DNA of 64,000 nucleotides from Oscillospiraceae bacterium (GTDB taxonomy: Bacteria; Bacillota; Clostridia; Oscillospirales; Oscillospiraceae): NCBI GenBank assembly GCA_009784725.1, contig WQXS01000008.1:15186-79185 (forward strand), given 5' to 3'. Below are positions 27,979 through 37,116 of the stretch, in pieces (positions within the stretch are counted from its first letter, which is position 1; the number at the start of each line of letters is the position of its first letter). The translations under genes were made by a program, and so were the position numbers. The notes beneath the pieces were generated by a model. That model did not search any database and was not told the origin of the DNA. It saw nothing but the letters and a program-made list of their open reading frames with translations.

Positions 27979-28128
27979 TTTATTTTTGAGGGTGGTTTAG
28001 GGTTTGTTAAATTAGTTTTCGCACACCGAGGCATGGACGCCGAGGGGCGCTCAGTATAAACACGACGTTTCTTCTGAGCGAAAGGAAATTAATTTAATAA
28101 ACCCTAAGCCACCCTGAATAAATCAAAA
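27979..28128. repeat. ~150-nt palindromic intergenic element, copy 2
   Basis: TTGAGGGTGGTTTAGGGTTTGTTAAATTAGTTTTCGC...GCGAAAGGAAATTAATTTAATAAACCCTAAGCCACCCTGAA. The core is nearly identical to copy 3. Confidence 0.9.
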
Positions 28129-28152
28129 TGGATGTCTCATTTTTACAAACCG

Positions 28153-28794
28153 TCATTTTGACGGTTTGTTCTTTATGTAACTACAAAATCCCGCAAGAAT
28201 GCAAACAGAACATTTGGGGCTTCTTGCTGTGCAGACTGCTCTGCCATGGAGAACAAGGCGATGGCAGAAATCCGAGGATTTATCAGGCGGCAGTATTTTC
28301 CAAAGCTCTGTTTCAATTTTTGCGGGGTCTTTTGTGTTGACTAAACCGATGCGGTTGGTAAGCCGGATGCAATGTGTATCAACTACAACCGCAGGCTTCT
28401 TAAATACATCACCTAAAATAAGATTTGCTGTTTTTCTCCCGACCCCGGGCAGCCTCAACAGCTCCTCCATTGTATCGGGAACCTTGCTGTTAAACTCTCC
28501 GACAAGCATTGCAGAAGCCGCTGCAATATCTCTTGCTTTTACCTTGTAAAAACCGCATGGATGCACAATTTTTTCCAGCTCATTTATATCCGCTGCCGCA
28601 AGCGCTTCGAGTGTAGGATAACGCTTAAAAAGCACAGGAGTAACAGTGTTCACACGCACATCCGTGCATTGTGCAGCAAGGCGGGCGGCATACAGCAGCT
28701 CATAATCCTTTTTAAACTCAAGAGCACATATAGGTTCGGGATAGCATTCTTCCAGCAGTCGTATAATTCTGTTAATATCTGCTTTTTTCGGCAT
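28153..28794 (-). CDS. nth: Endonuclease III
   Basis: 213 aa. HhH-GPD (LPGVGRKTANLIL) and C-terminal 4Fe-4S Cys cluster CxxxxxxCxxCxxxxxC. Confidence 0.95.
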   Translation of the reverse strand: MPKKADINRIIRLLEECYPEPICALEFKKDYELLYAARLAAQCTDVRVNTVTPVLFKRYPTLEALAAADINELEKIVHPCGFYKVKARDIAAASAMLVGEFNSKVPDTMEELLRLPGVGRKTANLILGDVFKKPAVVVDTHCIRLTNRIGLVNTKDPAKIETELWKILPPDKSSDFCHRLVLHGRAVCTARSPKCSVCILAGFCSYIKNKPSK

Positions 28795-28849
28795 TAAGAT
28801 TACCTCATAAAATAAAAAAGTATTTATGATTCCATTCTATCAGAAATCT

Positions 28850-28858
28850 TGTTATAAT
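28850..28858 (+). promoter_or_regulatory. Extended -10 element for glyA
   Basis: TGTTATAAT, 35 nt upstream of the RBS-supported glyA start. Confidence 0.5.
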
Positions 28859-28892
28859 GGTGAAAAATAATTTAACTTCAGGAGGAAATTCA

Positions 28893-30140
28893 ATGATAAG
28901 AGAACTTATGTCATTTGTATCAAAACATGACCCCGAGGTCGGAAAATCAATAGAGCAGGAGTTTATACGCCAGCGCAGAAATATCGAACTTATTGCATCG
29001 GAGAATATTGTCAGCGAGGCTGTTATGCTTGCGCAAGGTTCGGTTTTAACTAATAAATATGCAGAAGGATATCCCGGTAAACGCTATTACGGCGGTTGCG
29101 AGGAGGTTGATGTTACCGAAACGCTTGCTATTGAAAGAGCCAAGAAACTGTTCGGTGCAAATTTTGTCAATGTTCAGCCGCATTCGGGAGCTTCGGCAAA
29201 TCTCGAGGCATTTATGGTCCTGTGTCAGCCCGGTGATACGATTCTCGGAATGAACCTTGATCACGGCGGCCATTTAACTCACGGTCATCCTGCAAATTTC
29301 TCCGGTAAATACTATAAAGTTTTTGCATATGGAATTACACCCGACACCAATGTTATAGATTATGATGAGGTTCTTAAAACCGCAAAAGAATGCAGACCTA
29401 AAATGATAATAGCGGGAGCGTCGGCATATCCGAGAAGCATTGATTTCAAGAAATTTTCCGAAATCGCAAAGGAAGTCGGAGCTTATTTGCTTGTTGATAT
29501 GGCGCATATCGCAGGACTTGTAGCTGTCGGAGAACATCCCGACCCGGTGCCTTATGCCGATATCGTAACAAGCACAACCCACAAGACCCTCCGCGGCCCG
29601 CGCGGCGGAATCATTATGACCAATGACGAAGCAATAGCCAAGAAAATCAACTCCGCTGTTTTCCCGGGAGCACAAGGCGGACCTCTTATGCATGTAATAG
29701 CCGCAAAGGCTGTTGCACTTGGTGAAGCTCTTAAACCCGAGTTTAAGGAATATCAGCTCAAAACCATGGAAAACGCAAAAAAACTTGCGAGCGAATTTAT
29801 AAACCGCGGATTCGACCTCGTTTCCGGAGGAACCGATAACCACCTTATGCTGGTTGATTTACGCAAATTCAACAAAACCGGAAAATACATGGAAGAGCAT
29901 CTTGATACAGTACATATCACAACCAATAAAAATAAAATCCCAAATGACCCGGAATCCGCACTTGTAACAAGCGGCCTGCGTGTTGGAACCCCCGCCGTCA
30001 CAACCAGAGGCTTCGGGACCGATGAAATGGTAAAAATTGCTGAACTTTTCTATCTGACAGCAACGGATTATGACGCAAAAGCAGATTATATCCGTGATGA
30101 AGTAAGTAAAATGTGTGAGAAATATCCATTATATGATTAA
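28893..30140 (+). CDS. glyA: Serine hydroxymethyltransferase
   Basis: Start re-placed at ATG 28893 (AGGAGG 6 nt upstream). PLP site [14 protein letters not shown]. Confidence 0.96.
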   Translation: MIRELMSFVSKHDPEVGKSIEQEFIRQRRNIELIASENIVSEAVMLAQGSVLTNKYAEGYPGKRYYGGCEEVDVTETLAIERAKKLFGANFVNVQPHSGASANLEAFMVLCQPGDTILGMNLDHGGHLTHGHPANFSGKYYKVFAYGITPDTNVIDYDEVLKTAKECRPKMIIAGASAYPRSIDFKKFSEIAKEVGAYLLVDMAHIAGLVAVGEHPDPVPYADIVTSTTHKTLRGPRGGIIMTNDEAIAKKINSAVFPGAQGGPLMHVIAAKAVALGEALKPEFKEYQLKTMENAKKLASEFINRGFDLVSGGTDNHLMLVDLRKFNKTGKYMEEHLDTVHITTNKNKIPNDPESALVTSGLRVGTPAVTTRGFGTDEMVKIAELFYLTATDYDAKADYIRDEVSKMCEKYPLYD

Positions 30141-30639
30141 AAAGAGATTTTCTCTTATACCGCTGCACTTGTTTCGCAGTATAACCGACGTAAAATCGGA
30201 TTTTCTTGAAAAACAGGGAATCAGGTTTCTTATGCTGGATTTGGATAACACAATCGCCGCTTACAACGAGCATGTGCTTTCCGAAGAAGTTACAAATTGG
30301 ATTGCGGAAATAAGAAACAGCGGTATTGAACTGTTCATTATTTCAAACAGCACACGAAAAAAACGTGTGGAATCTCACTCTGATTCAATCGGGGCAGGTT
30401 TTATTATGCAGTCTTCTAAACCGTCTCCGAAAAGCCTGCATGATGCCATGGAGCTTAAGGGATATCCGCCCGAAGCATCAGCACTTGCAGGCGATCAGAT
30501 ATTTACCGATGCGCTTGCCGCAAACCGTGCCGGAATCGCTTCAATTATTGTGCGTCCCAAACGCTTTACAAATCCTTTTCTTGCACTTCGTTACTATATT
30601 GAAGTGCCGATTCGTGCGATGTGTAAAAATAAATATTAA
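30133..30639 (+). CDS. yqeG: YqeG-family HAD-IIIA phosphatase
   Basis: LMLDLDNTI motif I. ATG 30133 overlaps the glyA stop. Confidence 0.85.
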   Translation: MIKKRFSLIPLHLFRSITDVKSDFLEKQGIRFLMLDLDNTIAAYNEHVLSEEVTNWIAEIRNSGIELFIISNSTRKKRVESHSDSIGAGFIMQSSKPSPKSLHDAMELKGYPPEASALAGDQIFTDALAANRAGIASIIVRPKRFTNPFLALRYYIEVPIRAMCKNKY

Positions 30640-30656
30640 TTACGGAGTACCGAATT

Positions 30657-31721
30657 ATGAGTAATATTACAAGAATCAGACAGCAGCTTTCAAACTATAA
30701 GTGCGATGCCATTCTCATTTTAAACCAGGTAAACAGATTGTTTGCGACGGGGTTTTCATCAAGTGCCGGATGCGTGCTTATTACGGAAGACAATGCATGG
30801 TTTTTTACCGATTCCCGTTATATCGAAGCTGCCGGGAATGCAATTAAGGATGCTAACGTCAAGCTTGTTGCCAAGGATGAAAAAATTGCCGAAAGCGTAA
30901 AAAAAATTATAGATGAAAATAAAATAGCATCAATCGGGTTTGAAGAGGTATATGTTTCTTATGCATGTAAAAAGGACTGGGACAAAAAGCTTGGTATAAA
31001 AATGGTTCCGGCACACAGCTTAATCAATGATTTGCGTAATATAAAGTCCGAGTTTGATCTTGATAAAATTATTAAGATACAACGTATTTCCGAAAAGGTT
31101 TTTAATGAAATACTTCCAATAATCAGCACTGATATGACCGAGAAGGATCTTGCTGCGGAGATTATTTACCGGTCGCTAAAAAGCGGTGTTGACGACAAGG
31201 CATTTGACCCTATTGTCGTATCGGGACCGAACTCAAGCAGACCTCACGGTGTACCGGGCAATGAGAAAATCGGCAAAGGATTTTTAACAATCGATTTCGG
31301 GTTAAAGCTTGACGGCTGGTGCAGTGACACAACTAGAACCCTTTGCATCGGTAAGCCTGATGATGAAATGGTCAATATATACGATACTGTACTGAGCGCA
31401 CAGGAAGCGGGAATCAAAGAAGTACGTGCAGGCGCAAAAGGTGTTGACATTGATACCGCTGCTCGCCGTATAATTGAAGATGCAGGATACGGCGAATATT
31501 TCGGTCATGGATTCGGGCACTCATTGGGTCTTGAAGTTCACGAGTCTTTAAGTGCATCCCGGCTGTCAAAGGACACAATCCCCGCAGGCGCCGTAATGTC
31601 CGCAGAACCCGGCATCTATTTACCCGGCAAGTACGGTGTCAGAATTGAGGATACATTATTCGTAACCGAAAACGGCTCACAAAATATTACAACTCTGCCA
31701 AAAAATCTGACAGTTTTATAG
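30657..31721 (+). CDS. M24 family Xaa-Pro aminopeptidase
   Basis: 354 aa, metal ligand context HGFGHSLGLEVHE. Confidence 0.9.
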   Translation: MSNITRIRQQLSNYKCDAILILNQVNRLFATGFSSSAGCVLITEDNAWFFTDSRYIEAAGNAIKDANVKLVAKDEKIAESVKKIIDENKIASIGFEEVYVSYACKKDWDKKLGIKMVPAHSLINDLRNIKSEFDLDKIIKIQRISEKVFNEILPIISTDMTEKDLAAEIIYRSLKSGVDDKAFDPIVVSGPNSSRPHGVPGNEKIGKGFLTIDFGLKLDGWCSDTTRTLCIGKPDDEMVNIYDTVLSAQEAGIKEVRAGAKGVDIDTAARRIIEDAGYGEYFGHGFGHSLGLEVHESLSASRLSKDTIPAGAVMSAEPGIYLPGKYGVRIEDTLFVTENGSQNITTLPKNLTVL

Positions 31722-31747
31722 TATTTGAAACAGGTGGACAGGTATTG

Positions 31748-31898
31748 TGTTTTGTTTTTGAGGATGGTTTAGGGTTTGTTAAATTGATTTTCGCACACTG
31801 AGGCACGGACGCCGAAGGGCGCTCAGTATAAACAGGACGTTTCTTCTGAGCGAAAGGAAATTAATTTAATAAACCCTAAGCCATCCTGAACAAAGCAC
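31748..31898. repeat. ~150-nt palindromic intergenic element, copy 3
   Basis: Same element as 27979-28128. Arm substitutions GGGTGG>GGATGG and CCACCC>CCATCC are complementary. Flanking sequence (31731-31913) extends the hairpin. Confidence 0.9.
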
Positions 31899-31923
31899 TA
31901 TACCTGTCCCCTGTTTCTTTATA

Positions 31924-31952
31924 TTGCTTTTTTCAATATAATAAAGTATACT
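31924..31952 (+). promoter_or_regulatory. Sigma-70 promoter for efp
   Basis: TTGCTT, 17 nt spacer, TATACT. Confidence 0.5.
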
Positions 31953-31981
31953 ATGATGCAGTTAATTGAGGAGGAATGTCA

Positions 31982-32545
31982 ATGATTTCAGCCGGAGATT
32001 TTAAGAATGGCGTAACATTCGAATGGGATGGAAAAGTGATGCAGGTCATTGAGTTCCAGCATGTTAAACCGGGAAAAGGTGCAGCATTCGTACGTACAAA
32101 ACTTAGAAATGTTTTAACCGGGGGCGTCATAGAGAACTCATTTAACCCGTCGGATAAATTCGAAAATGCTTTTGTTGAGCGGCGTGACATGGAGTATAGT
32201 TACAATGACGGCGATTTATACTATTTCATGGATCAGGAAACATATGAACTTGAACCTGTCAACAAAGACCTGTTGGGTGACAGTTTTAGGTTTGTAAAGG
32301 AAAATATGACATGTAATATACATTCTTATAAAGGCAAGGTTTTTAATGTTGACCCGCCTAACTTCGTTGATCTTGTTGTCACTGCAACCGACCCGGGATT
32401 CAAGGGCGACACTGCAACCAATGTTCTCAAACCCGCAACCGTTGAAACCGGAGCCGAGGTTAAGGTTCCCCTGTTTATTGACGAGGGTGAAAAAATCCGC
32501 ATAGATACAAGGTCCGGCGAATATATGGAGCGTACAAAAGGTTAA
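31982..32545 (+). CDS. efp: Elongation factor P
   Basis: [10 protein letters not shown]... canonical N-terminus. The second ATG is chosen because GAGGAGG lies 7-8 nt upstream. Confidence 0.95.
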   Translation: MISAGDFKNGVTFEWDGKVMQVIEFQHVKPGKGAAFVRTKLRNVLTGGVIENSFNPSDKFENAFVERRDMEYSYNDGDLYYFMDQETYELEPVNKDLLGDSFRFVKENMTCNIHSYKGKVFNVDPPNFVDLVVTATDPGFKGDTATNVLKPATVETGAEVKVPLFIDEGEKIRIDTRSGEYMERTKG

Positions 32546-32572
32546 GCATAAACAGAAAGGAATAAATATATT

Positions 32573-33073
32573 ATGACAATCAAAGAAAAAGTAGCCTATC
32601 TTGAAGGACTGGCCGAAGGGATGAACATCGAGGCAACAGAGTACGGAAAAGTGTTCGACGCCATAATTGATACACTCAGTGACATAGCAGACGAAATCGA
32701 GGAGCTCAACGAAAACGCACTGGACATAGGCGAAGAGCTCGATGCAATTTCCGATGACCTTGCAGAAGTCGAAGATTTCCTGATGGACGAAGATTTCGAC
32801 ATCGACGATGAGGATTTCGACTTTGATTTTGATGACGATGACTATGATGATGACGACTACGACGATGAAGATTTCGACGGCTGCAACATGTGCGGAAGCG
32901 GTGAAGTCGAATTTTCAATCGACATAAACTGTCCCGAATGCAACGCCGAGCTCGAACTCGACGAAGACGACATCGCAAACGAATCCGCCACCTGCCCCGC
33001 CTGCGGAAAAACAATAGAACTCGAAATCGACGAAGTCGACGCCGACGACGAAAACTACGAAGACTCCGACTAA
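32573..33073 (+). CDS. Highly acidic protein with C-terminal double CxxC zinc ribbon (CD1247-N-terminal-domain-like)
   Basis: 166 aa, Asp/Glu-rich centre, with CNMCG...CPECN...CPACG. Confidence 0.7.
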   Translation: MTIKEKVAYLEGLAEGMNIEATEYGKVFDAIIDTLSDIADEIEELNENALDIGEELDAISDDLAEVEDFLMDEDFDIDDEDFDFDFDDDDYDDDDYDDEDFDGCNMCGSGEVEFSIDINCPECNAELELDEDDIANESATCPACGKTIELEIDEVDADDENYEDSD

Positions 33074-33111
33074 CCCAAGCTCACAGTTAATTTAGAGAAA
33101 GGTTAATAGTT

Positions 33112-33630
33112 ATGATTAAAGTCGAAGCGTTTATTGACAATACGTGACCGTATTGTGTTAAGGGATTGGAGTATCTCTCAGAACTGCTGCCTAAGTATCC
33201 GGATGTTAAGATTCTATGGAAACCCATTGAAGCTCATCCAAGACATGAAGAGCCGGACCATAGACCATATGTGGACTTGATTGTACAGGGTTGTTTGTTT
33301 ATTCAAGAGACAGGCGGCGATGAGTATGCGTTTACACAAAGGGTTTACAAAGCACACTTTGAAGAAAATTTAAATGTCGAAGATATTTCTGTTCTTGTGA
33401 AGTGTGCCGCCGAATCGGGTGTCGCAGACACAGCTGCATTTAAAACCGCTCTTGCAGACGCAAAGTACGAAAAAGCAATGCTTGATGCCAACGACTATGC
33501 CTACGAGCAAAAAGGTGTATGGGCAGTTCCGGCCTTTGTTTGCGGCGATATTCGCCTTGACGCTGTCGGAGGCGTTGGCATAACAAAAGAACAGCTTGAC
33601 ACATTCTTTGAAAAGTGCTGTAAAATATAG
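33112..33630 (+). CDS. DsbA/FrnE-like thioredoxin-fold protein with in-frame TGA at the first CxxC position (Sec candidate or pseudogene)
   Basis: ATG 33112 gives MIKVEAFIDNT-TGA(33145-33147)-PYCVKGLEYLSELL..., in the same frame as ORF-track ORF 33166-33630. Confidence 0.55.
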
Positions 33631-34602
33631 TTAATCAGGCATAGTCTGCCGCTTTATTTCATCCATGACCCGCTGTGCCAGCATGGTATAATTATTAAAC
33701 TCATCGGCTTTTTGCGGTGTCTCAATCATATCTGCAAATGCCTGCAGCTCATAGAACATGTCGTTTTCATCCGTATAACAGACTATCTGTTCGGTTTCCC
33801 CGTTTCTTTTAACAACATCAATTTTATCAATAATTGACGCTTTGGTAAAAAGCAGGCTTCCTTCCTCTCCTTGAATCAGGCTGGGAACGGAGGCCTGACT
33901 TATTTTTGAATAACTTAGCTCCGCAAGAAGCCCGTCATATTTTGCAATAACCGCACCTTGCCCGTCAGCTCCGCTGTGTACAAACAGTGCCGATGATACA
34001 ATCTCGTGCGGTTCACCGAATAGTGCAACCATAAGCTCTATGCAGTATACCCCCAAGTCCATCAATGCTCCGCCTGCAAGGTCTTTGTTGAAGGTGTTTG
34101 GTATCTCCCCTGCTTTTAATGCTTCATATTTCGAAGAATATTGATTAAACAGAAGAGATGCCCGCCTTACAGTACCGATTTCCGGCATTAACTCTCTTAA
34201 TTTCTTAAGTCCCGGTGCGTGAAAAAAGCGTGTTGCTTCTGTCAGCACTACACCATTTCCCTTAGCAATATCCAGCATTTGCGAAAATGCATCCGCACTT
34301 GTCGCAATCGGTTTTTCACACAGGACATGTTTTCCGTGTTGCATCATTAGAACACTTTGCTCAAAATGATACAGGTTCGGTGAAGCAACATAAACGGCAT
34401 CAATATCCGAGGCTTTTGCAAGCTCCTCTAAATCTGTAAACACATCAGGTATGCCAAAAGTATTTGCGAACTCGTTGCCTTTTTCCGCCGTACGCGAATA
34501 TACCGCAGCTATTTCAACACTTTCGCACTTGCGTGACGCTGTAACAAGCTTTACCGCAATATCACTCGTTCCTATTACTGCAAGTCTGAGTTTTCTTTCC
34601 AT
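33631..34602 (-). CDS. Gfo/Idh/MocA family oxidoreductase
   Basis: Start re-placed at ATG 34602 (MERKLRLAVIGTSDIA) with AGGAG upstream. EKP motif (LCEKPI). Confidence 0.85.
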   Translation of the reverse strand: MERKLRLAVIGTSDIAVKLVTASRKCESVEIAAVYSRTAEKGNEFANTFGIPDVFTDLEELAKASDIDAVYVASPNLYHFEQSVLMMQHGKHVLCEKPIATSADAFSQMLDIAKGNGVVLTEATRFFHAPGLKKLRELMPEIGTVRRASLLFNQYSSKYEALKAGEIPNTFNKDLAGGALMDLGVYCIELMVALFGEPHEIVSSALFVHSGADGQGAVIAKYDGLLAELSYSKISQASVPSLIQGEEGSLLFTKASIIDKIDVVKRNGETEQIVCYTDENDMFYELQAFADMIETPQKADEFNNYTMLAQRVMDEIKRQTMPD

Positions 34603-34635
34603 AAAACCGCTCTCCTTTCGTAAAACCATACCCCT

Positions 34636-37095
34636 TTACTTTAATATCTTAACCAGCTTTGCGCGTCTGTCAATATCCAATTTCTGATAAATTGAACGAA
34701 GGTGCGCACGTATTGTATGCTCGCTCAAAAAAAGTTTTTCTGCTATCTCAATGTTGCGCAACCCTTCTGCGGCAAGCTCTGCGATTTCCCGCTCGCGGCC
34801 GGTTAAAATACCGGGAAGTTCATTTTGTGAAATTGCATTAAATAACGTAAACCATCCTGTAAAATACCGCTTTTTATACTCATTGAACCTTTCAAGATAA
34901 TCGGGATAATCCTTTTCTATCAGTTCATCCGATAAACCGTCAAGCAATCTCGAAAATCCCACAAAGCAATGAAGCATGTCGTCCGGTATCGCTTTTTCTG
35001 CTGCAAGCTCCATACATGAAAATGTCTGCGGTATGTTTTCGAGCGAAGAGTATCCCACTGCTGTTGTAAGTAAATGAAAATGTGCGGGAAACGGAGTGTA
35101 TTTTTCAGATTCCACCGACTCCAGAAATCCGACAAGTTGTGCATACTCGCCTGTTCCCATTAAATAATAACCGTGCATCTCGATGGCTTTTATCAATATT
35201 GCAGCAGGGAGATTCAAAGTTAAAAACTCTGTGTTTTTCAGCCAGTCCGCAATGCTCTCGTACTCTCTGAGCTGTACCAGCAGGGATGCATAAACAATAT
35301 CAAGCATCCGCCTGAACATTGTTGTGTTTTGCACCGAACCGAGTACCGCGCTTTCTACATTACTTACTACACTCTGCCAGCCGTCTAAATCCGATTTAAG
35401 AAGTGCAACAACAGCAAGCAGTCTTGTCGCCCCGACTTGAATACCCTTTTGTTTTTTGTTTTCGGCAAGAAAAACTGCTTTGTGTGCAAATATTTCCGCT
35501 TGCCCGGTTTCACATCTGAAAAAATACAGCTCTGCCCGGTATAACACATCGGCACCTGCTCCGTGCCCGTTTGTCAGCTTTGAATATATATTGATGAACT
35601 TCTCCATTATATCAGCTTCTTTATCGGCTTGTCCGGGTTCGATATGAAAAGCTGTCAGCTGGATATATTCATAAAATGCCCATGGCACCTCCGGTAATAT
35701 TACACTTGAACAATCCTCACCGAACAGCTCTGACGCTTTTGTGACTGCATCGAGCATCTCTTCGAGCCGGGGGTAGTGTAAATAAACACAAAGCAATAAC
35801 CATTCTGCCCGCAACAACCCGGACTCCGGCAATATGCGGTCAAGCTCTTCCATCAGAGAATGAAACTCCGGTTCATTTTCCAAAAATCTGACAGCCCATG
35901 CAACACACAGCATGGAATGCGGGTATTTTGCCTTAGTTTCCAAAGAGCAGTTTAAGGCAATTTCCGATGCAATATCATTAAATGTCCTGTCACCAATCTC
36001 TGCACAGATAAGATTCGACAAATTTAACGAGAGTATCTGCTCGTAATCATTTATCTGCGAATAGAAAAATACCGCTTCTGCAAATTCACCTTCATCACGG
36101 CAGACATCACCCGCTCTGAGCAGGCACTCTTTATTGAATTCTTCCCCCTGCTCGCGCCGTTTCTGACATACCATTTTACGTAAAATATTATGCGGTACAC
36201 AGAGCTTCTGTTCGGGTATATATCTGATAAAGGGTATTGATATACTGTTCATTGCATAATCAGGCAAGCTGTCACAGTTTAATACACCGCACAGCCGTTT
36301 TATGGTACAGGCTTCAAATGCCGATGCTCTCATAAAGAAATCTCTTTGTGATGCTGTCATTTTATCCCAAATTAAATGCTCCATCAGCAGCATAACAGCT
36401 TCATCGGAAAAAGCACCTGTCTGATAATATGAACAAAGCTGCAAGTGAACCGCTATAACCCAGCCGTCTGTGAGCTTTTCCGCTTCATATACCGATGCAT
36501 TGCTTAACTCATATCCTGCAAGAATAAAATAATTTCTTATGTCCTCGGCATTCCATTTAAGGTCCGAAGCTGTTATATACGGAATCCCAAGTCGCAGAAC
36601 CGTTCCCTGAAACTCCTGGCTGAGCATCTGTGTTACAACAACTATCCGCAGGTCCTCCGGAATATTATCAAGAAGAGTGTAGATAAACGACGGTGGCAAA
36701 ATTGCTTTAAGATATTGAAAATCGTCAACCACAAGCAAGGTTTTCCGTTTACACCGTATAGTCCTCAAAACACTGCAGACCTCTCCGATTGTAAAAGCAT
36801 TCGGAAAGTCTATTTCAATCAGACGCTTGCCGACAGAGTCGTCTATTTTCTCAATCTCGCTGCAAAGCCTGCGGTACAGTACGGAAGCAGCTTCTTCATC
36901 TATTGCGGCAAACCAAAAAACATCATCACCTTCGGAAGTGATCTGCTTTATATAATCCCGTATTACAGTGGTTTTCCCGTAACCCGAAGGGGCTTCTATT
37001 ACTGCTGCTTTGGAGTTTGCAATAAGCTTCATTTTCCTTTGCAGTTGCTCTGAATAATAATGTACATCAAGATTTTTGCTATCGTCTTTAAGCAA
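34636..37095 (-). CDS. Large ATP-binding LuxR-family regulator (LAL/MalT-like STAND)
   Basis: 819 aa. Walker A APSGYGKTT and Walker B LLVVDDFQ, a long helical middle, and a C-terminal LuxR HTH (EIAEKLFLSEHTIRAHLRSIYQKL). TTG start with AGGAGG 8 nt upstream. Confidence 0.88.
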   Translation of the reverse strand: MLKDDSKNLDVHYYSEQLQRKMKLIANSKAAVIEAPSGYGKTTVIRDYIKQITSEGDDVFWFAAIDEEAASVLYRRLCSEIEKIDDSVGKRLIEIDFPNAFTIGEVCSVLRTIRCKRKTLLVVDDFQYLKAILPPSFIYTLLDNIPEDLRIVVVTQMLSQEFQGTVLRLGIPYITASDLKWNAEDIRNYFILAGYELSNASVYEAEKLTDGWVIAVHLQLCSYYQTGAFSDEAVMLLMEHLIWDKMTASQRDFFMRASAFEACTIKRLCGVLNCDSLPDYAMNSISIPFIRYIPEQKLCVPHNILRKMVCQKRREQGEEFNKECLLRAGDVCRDEGEFAEAVFFYSQINDYEQILSLNLSNLICAEIGDRTFNDIASEIALNCSLETKAKYPHSMLCVAWAVRFLENEPEFHSLMEELDRILPESGLLRAEWLLLCVYLHYPRLEEMLDAVTKASELFGEDCSSVILPEVPWAFYEYIQLTAFHIEPGQADKEADIMEKFINIYSKLTNGHGAGADVLYRAELYFFRCETGQAEIFAHKAVFLAENKKQKGIQVGATRLLAVVALLKSDLDGWQSVVSNVESAVLGSVQNTTMFRRMLDIVYASLLVQLREYESIADWLKNTEFLTLNLPAAILIKAIEMHGYYLMGTGEYAQLVGFLESVESEKYTPFPAHFHLLTTAVGYSSLENIPQTFSCMELAAEKAIPDDMLHCFVGFSRLLDGLSDELIEKDYPDYLERFNEYKKRYFTGWFTLFNAISQNELPGILTGREREIAELAAEGLRNIEIAEKLFLSEHTIRAHLRSIYQKLDIDRRAKLVKILK

Positions 37096-37116
37096 ACATC
37101 AACCCTCCTTTATAAG

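Noticed and set aside
28857-28892. Upstream start of glyA given by the ORF track
   Set aside because: That ATG lies inside the extended -10 promoter element (TGTTATAATGG). The ATG at 28893 has AGGAGG at proper spacing.
29274-29843. 189-aa minus-strand ORF inside glyA
   Set aside because: It lies entirely antisense to the unmistakable serine hydroxymethyltransferase gene. Its composition is Cys/Phe/Arg-rich and has no recognisable features.
19617-31898. Possibility that the three ~150-nt repeats form a CRISPR-like array
   Set aside because: The copies are 4-8 kb apart and separated by housekeeping genes. One is inverted, and each is itself a long palindrome. No cas genes are present.
32706-33014. 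102-aa Arg/His-rich minus-strand ORF
   Set aside because: It is a mirror image of the Asp/Glu-rich zinc-ribbon gene (GAx codons read as xTC/Arg-rich in antisense), which is a compositional artefact.
33166-33630. TTG-initiated 154-aa version of the DsbA-like ORF, as in the ORF track
   Set aside because: The frame is open upstream to an ATG with an RBS and encodes the expected beta-strand plus xPYC active-site context. The truncated model would lack the catalytic motif. It is kept only as the pseudogene-restart alternative.
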